Positions 57,257 to 64,000 of a DNA stretch of 64,000 nt are shown piece by piece (position 1 is the first letter of the stretch; the number at the start of each line of letters is the position of its first letter). This stretch comes from a virus. Both the position numbers and the translations under genes were made by a program. The stretch spans positions 7,242 to 71,241 of the IMG/VR virus record IMGVR_UViG_3300044997_000693. The stretch is one strand, 5' to 3'. The notes below the pieces were generated by a model. That model was not told the DNA's origin. It was given only the letters and a program-made list of their open reading frames with translations, and did not search any database.

Positions 57257-58272
57257 TTAGCAGTTATACTAGTTGGCAACCACTGGAAGAAGTTATTGTA
57301 GGACGAGCCTATCCGCCTGACTATTTTGATTTTATTGAAGATGCACAGGTGCGTAATCAATTGCAGCAGATATTGTTTGAAACTGAAGAAGATTTAGATA
57401 ATTTACAACGCACCATTGAAACTTACGGAGCTCAAGTTGTTCGGCCCAGTTTGCAAGACAAACAAAGTTTTCAATGGCGGCAGACTTCCGGAGAAGGTGC
57501 CCCACTTCCGCCATTGACTCCTAGGGATTGGCAAATCAGTCTCGGGGATAAATTGCTACGTGTTTTACCCATACAGGAACTGGATGACATTTGCAAACGG
57601 TTTGGCGACCAAGTGGTTGACCCGCATCAAGGCCGTTACGATCCTAACTGCATCTTAAACGGTGCCAGTGCCAGTTGCATAGTACGTGTGGGTCGTGATG
57701 TGTTCTTTGATAACAGTGATTATTTAAAGCCCGAGCAATCTCGTTGGATTGTAGACAATGTGTTGGGCTCGGAATATCGTATACACGAAGCCATCACCGA
57801 CGGACACGGTGATGCTGTGTTTGCTATTCTCAAACCCGGGGTTATACTGTCGAGCAAACACGACATGCATCTGGATCTGGCTAAAGATTTTTTCGGCTGG
57901 GAAGTATGCAAGGTCTGGGATAGTTCAATTTGGGCAGCTATGGAAGTGGGCAAATTCAAACACGAACAAAATCCCGGAGCATGGTACGTGCAAGGACAAA
58001 CGCCCACAGCCGAGTTTACCAAGTTTGTAGATACCTATCTTAACAAGTGGACTGGATTTGTGGCAGAAACTGTGTTTGACGTCAATTGTCTGGTGCTGGA
58101 TGAAGAAAATGTCATCTTCTCGGCCTATAACAAACCAGTATTTGATTTTTGTAAAAAACACCGAATCAATCCCATCATCAGTGAGCTGCGCCACAGTTAT
58201 TTTTGGGACGGCGGTATCAGTTGTTGCACGCAAGATCTGCGTCGCCGAGGCGGCCTCGAAACTTATCTATGA
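57253..58272 (+). CDS. amidinotransferase (pentein fold)
   Basis: WQPLEEVIVG, PRD, GHGD, FDVN, DGGISCCT.DL.R. Confidence 0.85.
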   Translation: MISSYTSWQPLEEVIVGRAYPPDYFDFIEDAQVRNQLQQILFETEEDLDNLQRTIETYGAQVVRPSLQDKQSFQWRQTSGEGAPLPPLTPRDWQISLGDKLLRVLPIQELDDICKRFGDQVVDPHQGRYDPNCILNGASASCIVRVGRDVFFDNSDYLKPEQSRWIVDNVLGSEYRIHEAITDGHGDAVFAILKPGVILSSKHDMHLDLAKDFFGWEVCKVWDSSIWAAMEVGKFKHEQNPGAWYVQGQTPTAEFTKFVDTYLNKWTGFVAETVFDVNCLVLDEENVIFSAYNKPVFDFCKKHRINPIISELRHSYFWDGGISCCTQDLRRRGGLETYL

Positions 58273-59513
58273 GTAAAGAACATGTAAAAAGACTATACGA
58301 TACCTATGGCGACCAAATGTGCTTGGCACCATTTGTCAACGGTTTTTACTCGACCTGCGGAGTGGTTGACCTCGGCCAAACAGTCACCAACTTTGTACGT
58401 CCTTGCAGCGTTATACAAGCAGGTTCTCAATGGAACATACAAAATTCAAACATAACTGACACGAGAAATAACAAAGTTTGGCAAGACTTACGTCAATCAT
58501 TTTTAGATGGACAAATGCCCAGTGTTTGTGACACTTGTATCAATGCAGAACGTGTAGGAGCAAGTAGTCCACGTCAGCTCAACAACGAATACCTATTTGA
58601 GCACTTGGACATTGATATCCTGTCTGCGGTCGAACAAATCATCAACTCTGGACTAACAGCCAACAGCACCTACACACTGGACTACATGCCCAGCAATTAC
58701 TGTAATTATGCTTGTGTAATGTGTTATTCGGGTGCCAGTAGTCAACGATACACATTCGACATTCAGCAGGGAAGAAAGATACAATATGAAATTAATCCTG
58801 TTGACCGTGACTTTTTTGACCTTGTTAAGGATGTAAAAATACTAGGCTTCACTGGCGGCGAAACTATCTTACAGCCCGAAGTCAATCGCTTGATTGATTA
58901 TGTTGTCGAACAAGGCTTGGCCAAAAATATGATTATAACCATCTTGACCAATGCGTCGGACTTTCCAGATCGGCTGGTCGAAAAATTTCTACAGTTTAAA
59001 AAAGTGCTGTACACTGTCAGTGTTGACGGTGTAGGCGCAGTCATTGAATACCAACGTCGTGGCGCCAATTGGGAAACCATACAAAAGAATGTGTCTAAAA
59101 TACAGGCCAGTCCAGTTCATGAAATAGTCAATCATGTGGTCACCGCGATCAACATACTTGGTGCCATGGACTTTGTTGATTGGTGCCATGCTCGCAATTT
59201 AAAGTATGTCAACATCAGTCATGTGTTTCAAAAACACCTGGGTTGTGCAGCGTTGCCGCCTGAATTGAAGCAGTTGGCGCTGAAAAGATTAAAAGACGGT
59301 CGTCGACGTTACGAACACTATGCAACACCGGCCTATAGCAATCACGAAAAAGTTCAGTATGTTCAAACAATAGATCGATTGATCAGCACTGTTGAAAGTA
59401 TCGAGCCCGACCCTTTGTCGTTGGAAAAGTTTATTCAACACATCAGGATTGAAGACACTGCCAGCAAACGACCACTTGGCAAAGTGGTTCCCGAGTGGGC
59501 TCCTTGGTTCTAA
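58269..59513 (+). CDS. radical SAM protein with N-terminal twitch/SPASM-like domain
   Basis: CLAPF, CDTC, CNYACVMC, TGGE. Confidence 0.88.
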   Translation: MSKEHVKRLYDTYGDQMCLAPFVNGFYSTCGVVDLGQTVTNFVRPCSVIQAGSQWNIQNSNITDTRNNKVWQDLRQSFLDGQMPSVCDTCINAERVGASSPRQLNNEYLFEHLDIDILSAVEQIINSGLTANSTYTLDYMPSNYCNYACVMCYSGASSQRYTFDIQQGRKIQYEINPVDRDFFDLVKDVKILGFTGGETILQPEVNRLIDYVVEQGLAKNMIITILTNASDFPDRLVEKFLQFKKVLYTVSVDGVGAVIEYQRRGANWETIQKNVSKIQASPVHEIVNHVVTAINILGAMDFVDWCHARNLKYVNISHVFQKHLGCAALPPELKQLALKRLKDGRRRYEHYATPAYSNHEKVQYVQTIDRLISTVESIEPDPLSLEKFIQHIRIEDTASKRPLGKVVPEWAPWF

Positions 59514-59516
59514 TAT

Positions 59517-60290
59517 ATGGCCACCTGTCGAATTGAAACAGTATTGTCAGTCCAGCATTGGAACGATACCCTATTTAGTTTTACCACCACCAGAAATCCT
59601 GGCTTGAGATTCCGTAGCGGGCAATTTGTCATGATTGGACTGACACTAGATGGACGTCCGTTATTGAGAGCCTACAGTCTGGCCAGTGCCAGCTGGGAAG
59701 AACATTTAGAATTTTTAAGTATCAAGGTCACAGACGGAGCACTCACATCGCACTTGCAAAAAATACAAGCGGGTGATCCTATCCTGGTCAGCGAAAAGGC
59801 CGTGGGCACTTTGGTGTTGGATGATCTGCGTGACGGACGTAATCTTTATCTACTCAGCACTGGCACAGGACTAGCACCGTTTATGAGTATAATACGTGAT
59901 CCAGAGACCTACGAACGTTTTGAAAAGATAGTTGTTGTTCATGGTGTGCGCGAAGTTTCAGAATTGGCCTATGCTGACTATATACAAAAAGAATTACCCC
60001 GGCACGAATATTTGGGAGAACTAGTGGGGGAAAAACTGATCTATTACCCCACAGTCACTAGAGAAGCGTTTCGGCATACCGGTCGACTGACTACCGCGAT
60101 CGAATCCGGAAAACTATTTGAGGATATTGGCTTGAAGCCGTTAGATCCAACAGTCGATCGTGCCATGATCTGTGGTAGTCCATCCATGCTGAAAGAAACC
60201 TGCAACATACTTGATAGACAAGGCTTCGAGGTGTCGCCTGGGCTAGGCGAGCCCGGTGACTATGTGTTTGAGAGAGCTTTTGTTGAATAA
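59517..60290 (+). CDS. fpr: ferredoxin-NADP+ reductase
   Basis: RAYS, GALTS, TGTGLAPF, CGSPSM, ERAFVE. Confidence 0.95.
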   Translation: MATCRIETVLSVQHWNDTLFSFTTTRNPGLRFRSGQFVMIGLTLDGRPLLRAYSLASASWEEHLEFLSIKVTDGALTSHLQKIQAGDPILVSEKAVGTLVLDDLRDGRNLYLLSTGTGLAPFMSIIRDPETYERFEKIVVVHGVREVSELAYADYIQKELPRHEYLGELVGEKLIYYPTVTREAFRHTGRLTTAIESGKLFEDIGLKPLDPTVDRAMICGSPSMLKETCNILDRQGFEVSPGLGEPGDYVFERAFVE

Positions 60291-60291
60291 C

Positions 60292-61803
60292 TCAACTACA
60301 AACTCGAACACCATATAGTTGTTCGAATCGATCTGCATCTGCTCTGTCATTTACCATTGGTTCTCCTCTGATATTTAGAGAAGTATTAAGCAACATGGGA
60401 CAGTCAGTCAATTCCATCCAGCGTTCAAGAAGTTTTCTGATTCCTGAACCGTCTTTTGGTACTGTTTGTATACGACTGGTTCCATCTACATGAACAATGG
60501 CAGGGAACAGATCAGGACGCCGACAGTCACCAACAATCTGCATATACCTACTGTCGACCCAACCGCCGGGCATGTCGAAATAATCCTCAACATATTCTTC
60601 CAAGATAACGGGTGCAAAAGGTCTGAATTGTTGTCTACGCTTGATCTCATTTACTCGGCCCTTTATATCCGGTCCTCTAGGGTCTGCCAACAGACTGCGA
60701 TTGCCCAGAGCCCTGGGGCCAAATTCAGCTCGGCCACTGGCCACACCCACAATCTTGTTGGTCTGTAGTTCTTCCAAGAGCTGTGACACTGGATAGTCTC
60801 CTGGAATGTTGTGACCCAGGTAAGCATTATTCCAGGCTAGTTTTTTACCATAAGCAAGAGCAGCAGCGCCAAGACTTGACCCGGCGTCGCCCGGATTAGG
60901 CATAATCCAGATGTTTTCAAACCATTGCCCCAGGCGTCTATTAGCCAAACAATTAAGAGCCACGCCGCCCATGTACACTAGATTTTGACTCCAGCCCAGG
61001 TCTCTGGCTCGAGTCATAACAGACTCAATCAACCGCTCAGCCAAAGACTGAGCACTGGCCGCAAGATCTTCGTTGCTGGCATTGGGCAAAAAGTCCGCAG
61101 CAACACCGGTGTGTAGATTTTGTTTAAAAGTGAGTTGTTCTACGTCGTCGACTAGACTCAATTGTAAGGCGTCCTGCCACTGTGGTTTTCCCCAGGCAGC
61201 CATGCCCATGGTAATGTATTCCTCGTCCAAAGGTCGTAGTCCCACACGGCCCGTGATGGCACTGTAGAACAGTCCAATGCTGTGCGGATAAGTTTGTCGC
61301 CACAACTTTTTATACTGTGCTCGGCCTTGACGATTGTAACTGGCTCCCCAAATTGACACAGTGTCCCACTCGCCTATGGCATCAACCACTATCACAGTGG
61401 CCCGGTCATAAGGACTGGTTTGAAATCCTGCTGCTGCATGCGAAAGATGATGATTGTACGACTTGACTGGGAACAGATCAAGATAATCCATGCTCGAACA
61501 GTGGTCATTGAAATCCAGTTGTTGACTCAACACCCTCGAGGTTGTAAATTTATCCCACTCGATACCTTGCCCCGAATACCACTGACGCAGTTGTTTTTTC
61601 CATGGTTTTTCATAGTAGGCTATGGTGCTCACCGAGCTGAAATCAATTTCATCCAGCAGGGCCGGATGCAGATCAGCGTCGTTTTTCTTTTTTGAATAAC
61701 GCTCGCTGTGTCCGGCAAACAAAATTTCGCCAGCTGGCGAAATCAATGACACGGCCGCATCGTGGTAGCCGGCACTAATTCCAAGTATGTTTTGTGGTTT
61801 CAT
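60292..61803 (-). CDS. carbamoyltransferase (NodU/CmcH family)
   Basis: HDAA, HHLSHAA, GGVALNC, EFGPRALGNRS, FRPFAP, NTSLN. Confidence 0.95.
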   Translation of the reverse strand: MKPQNILGISAGYHDAAVSLISPAGEILFAGHSERYSKKKNDADLHPALLDEIDFSSVSTIAYYEKPWKKQLRQWYSGQGIEWDKFTTSRVLSQQLDFNDHCSSMDYLDLFPVKSYNHHLSHAAAGFQTSPYDRATVIVVDAIGEWDTVSIWGASYNRQGRAQYKKLWRQTYPHSIGLFYSAITGRVGLRPLDEEYITMGMAAWGKPQWQDALQLSLVDDVEQLTFKQNLHTGVAADFLPNASNEDLAASAQSLAERLIESVMTRARDLGWSQNLVYMGGVALNCLANRRLGQWFENIWIMPNPGDAGSSLGAAALAYGKKLAWNNAYLGHNIPGDYPVSQLLEELQTNKIVGVASGRAEFGPRALGNRSLLADPRGPDIKGRVNEIKRRQQFRPFAPVILEEYVEDYFDMPGGWVDSRYMQIVGDCRRPDLFPAIVHVDGTSRIQTVPKDGSGIRKLLERWMELTDCPMLLNTSLNIRGEPMVNDRADADRFEQLYGVRVCS

Positions 61804-61933
61804 CTGCTAATCCTTCTGTTGCCCGTTGGTTAAGTCTCAGCCCAGTTGTTGCAGCAATAGAATATCACCAAGCATGGCTGCGATCTACCAGTTCATTGCC
61901 ATTGGTGAAACTGTCACCTATGGTCTACCAATG
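61804..61933 (-). pseudogene. remnant of an SGNH-like gene
   Basis: minus strand reads IGDSFTNGNELVDRSHAW-stop in a 130-nt gap. Confidence 0.55.
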
Positions 61934-62035
61934 TCATTTGTAGATGAAAGGATCGCGTTTGCGAAGTTCTTTGAGTTTTTTACGGTAGCGTAGTTCTAGT
62001 CGAACACGATTGATTAAAGTTTTTATCCAAGACAT
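61934..62035 (-). CDS. 33-aa basic peptide ending KRDPFIYK (not in ORF track)
   Basis: MSWIKTLINRVRLELRYRKKLKELRKRDPFIYK; GGAG SD. Confidence 0.7.
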   Translation of the reverse strand: MSWIKTLINRVRLELRYRKKLKELRKRDPFIYK

Positions 62036-63075
62036 TTGAGTTGTTTCTCCATATAGTCAGCGTTCCACCAGTGGTAATCATACACTGCTCGGGCATCACT
62101 GGTTGTTATAGCATGTACATTTAGGCAAGTATTTAACAATCGCCATATATCAAGGTAATTTTCTGTAGCAAAACTACGCAATAGATCCACTTGTCCCACT
62201 TGAGGATGTCCAATAGTCAGTGTTTTATCTTCTGGGTCAAAACCATTGTTTACCAACCAAACTCTGAAGTCTGCCAAGTTTTTAATTTGCCAATGATACT
62301 TACCAGGATCATTGGCCCATTCTATGTCAAAATCCCCAGAGGCTTCGGTTTGAGATTTCAATGATGTGGTAGTCAGTTCACCGAGACGACTGTCGCGTCC
62401 TTCGTCTTGAAACACTTCCCAATGGTGTTTACCCACTGCTTTGTTAACTCCTACATATACTCCGCCTAGACTACGATTGATGGTGTCTATTCCAAACAGT
62501 TCGTAATCGCTGGCATCCAGTACAAAGCGTGGAGCATTTAACCAGCACATCAGCTGACTGGGGCGTTGCCATTCCGGTGCTGTTAGTTTTTTACGATAAC
62601 TCAATTGCCAAGATTCAAACTCATGACACAACAGATTCAACTGACGTATGTGCCACCGTGTAGAGCGATCAGCACGCCGGTAATAGTGGCTGATGTGTCC
62701 GCTACCGCCTTGAAGATCTTCAAAGTAACGATGCAATTGATTAAAATGGGCACGATCAACTCCGCCGCTGGCACTCACACTATTTTCCATGGTGTAGTGA
62801 TCATCAATGTGATAACCTATATCAGACTTGTTGATAGCAGCTATGCTGCGATTGATTTGTTCAACCAAAAACTCACCATTGCGAGGCGAGTCGGCAAATC
62901 CCAAAAAGCAATAGTTCTTTTCCAAATGATAGTTGTTGCGAACTAACTCATTCAATGATACCAACCACTTTCGGCTCAGGCTATTATCATACACGTCGAT
63001 ATAGACCTTTACAGTTCCGGACTGCTCGGGTACACCCAACTCTACTTCAACAATATCAAGTTTTGATTGATTCAT
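62023..63075 (-). CDS. hypothetical protein
   Basis: 350 aa; N.LH.YFE, LN.LCHE.E, VGK. Confidence 0.75.
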   Translation of the reverse strand: MNQSKLDIVEVELGVPEQSGTVKVYIDVYDNSLSRKWLVSLNELVRNNYHLEKNYCFLGFADSPRNGEFLVEQINRSIAAINKSDIGYHIDDHYTMENSVSASGGVDRAHFNQLHRYFEDLQGGSGHISHYYRRADRSTRWHIRQLNLLCHEFESWQLSYRKKLTAPEWQRPSQLMCWLNAPRFVLDASDYELFGIDTINRSLGGVYVGVNKAVGKHHWEVFQDEGRDSRLGELTTTSLKSQTEASGDFDIEWANDPGKYHWQIKNLADFRVWLVNNGFDPEDKTLTIGHPQVGQVDLLRSFATENYLDIWRLLNTCLNVHAITTSDARAVYDYHWWNADYMEKQLKCLG

Positions 63076-64000
63076 ACCATGCTCCTATTTCGGGCCGAGC
63101 CGACAATATTTCCAACATACTAGTTTTGGCAGTTCTAATACTTTCTAATTTTAGCACACGACGTTTGCCTTGCGCAATACCTGCTTGGTATTGGTCCGGC
63201 CATTGTTCTTCAAAGGTTGGACGATTTTTGAGTTGCACCAATATGTCATGCATGGCACCAGCTGGTCCATAAAGCAATAACTCATCAACCCAGGGTTCTA
63301 GTAATGTACGTGGCAGAGCCAGTGGACTCATTATAATGTCCGGTGTAAACCCAAATACAACCTTGGCCAAAATATCCACATTAAGTTCTTGTGCTAGATC
63401 CTGTATATTTTTGACTTCGAACATGCCCGGCAATGTGAGCGTAAAGTCTAAACGCATTTGTCGACGATTGCGAGCTATTGCCAGTCCCTGCCGAAAGTTA
63501 TTTAAAAAGGTGGTAGAATCCAACCCGGTGCGTATGTATTCTCCAATGGGTCCAAGACCGTCGATACTGGCGCAGATTTGCCAGTCCCGAACATGAGCCA
63601 ATATATCACGATAAAGGTTGATACCATTGTAGTCAACACGGCTGAGATTGGTATTGTATCTTGCGTAAACATTTTTTCCATCTCCTAATTCAACTATGCG
63701 ACGCATGTAGCGCCAGTGTTGTTCGTACATGAGTGGCTCGCCGCCGACCCAGTATATTTCTTCTACTCGGTGTTCTTCTACGGCAGCGGCAAATTCTGCT
63801 TCAATTTGCGTGTTCTGAAATTGACTTATTTGTTCTCGTACTTCAGGGCGCATCCAGTTGTTTTTGGGATTGGCATAGTCCAACATATCATGAGTGCGCT
63901 GTTCTGTTTCCCAGCTGCTGCTCAACATATCCCCGCACATGCGGCATTTGAAGTTGCAAAGATTGCTGAATCTGTAATCCCAACTCACAGGCTTTACAGT
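63056..64000 (-). CDS. radical SAM protein (5' partial; frame open to window end)
   Basis: CNFKCRMC, VGGEP, NTN, SIDG. Confidence 0.88.
   Translation of the reverse strand, partial: TVKPVSWDYRFSNLCNFKCRMCGDMLSSSWETEQRTHDMLDYANPKNNWMRPEVREQISQFQNTQIEAEFAAAVEEHRVEEIYWVGGEPLMYEQHWRYMRRIVELGDGKNVYARYNTNLSRVDYNGINLYRDILAHVRDWQICASIDGLGPIGEYIRTGLDSTTFLNNFRQGLAIARNRRQMRLDFTLTLPGMFEVKNIQDLAQELNVDILAKVVFGFTPDIIMSPLALPRTLLEPWVDELLLYGPAGAMHDILVQLKNRPTFEEQWPDQYQAGIAQGKRRVLKLESIRTAKTSMLEILSARPEIGAWYESIKT

Noticed and set aside
1-64000. CRISPR array, rRNA, IS element or integrase
   Set aside because: No regularly spaced repeats, rRNA-like sequence, transposase or recombinase motifs were seen by eye.

Overview
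This window looks like a 64 kb segment of a large (jumbo-type) dsDNA phage genome. Evidence: dense, mostly + strand genes, T4-type RNase H, ThyX, MoxR-AAA/VWA pair, tRNAs, free-standing homing endonucleases, sigma70-type TTGAC promoters and T4-late-like ATAAATA boxes. The AhpC, FdxA, Fpr and Bug-like proteins suggest a (beta)proteobacterial host, which is an inference. Most coding capacity is for chemical modification: a 7-deazaguanine pathway (DpdA/TGT-like, FolE, QueD, a second T-fold protein, QueE; no QueC in the window) interleaved with NDP-sugar enzymes, glycosyltransferase-like and SGNH-like paralog families, radical SAM proteins, an amidinotransferase and a carbamoyltransferase. There is also a redox/stress module (AhpC, AhpD, TerC under a yybP-ykoY riboswitch, ferredoxin, Fpr, cold-shock protein), NadE and an RNA polymerase omega homolog. 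The strongest non-coding signals: (1) a circularly permuted two-piece tmRNA with a 29-aa tag; (2) an Asn-type tRNA 5' half cut exactly after U33, followed by a nuclease gene and a complete divergent tRNA-Asn; (3) tRNAs with odd identity (Ser-ACT; CAT anticodon on an Asn-like body); (4) a switch-like leader in front of queD; (5) a 34-nt non-coding motif present twice around an ACAD-like/Bug-like/PP-loop gene trio. All product calls come from motif recognition by eye; no database searches were run.
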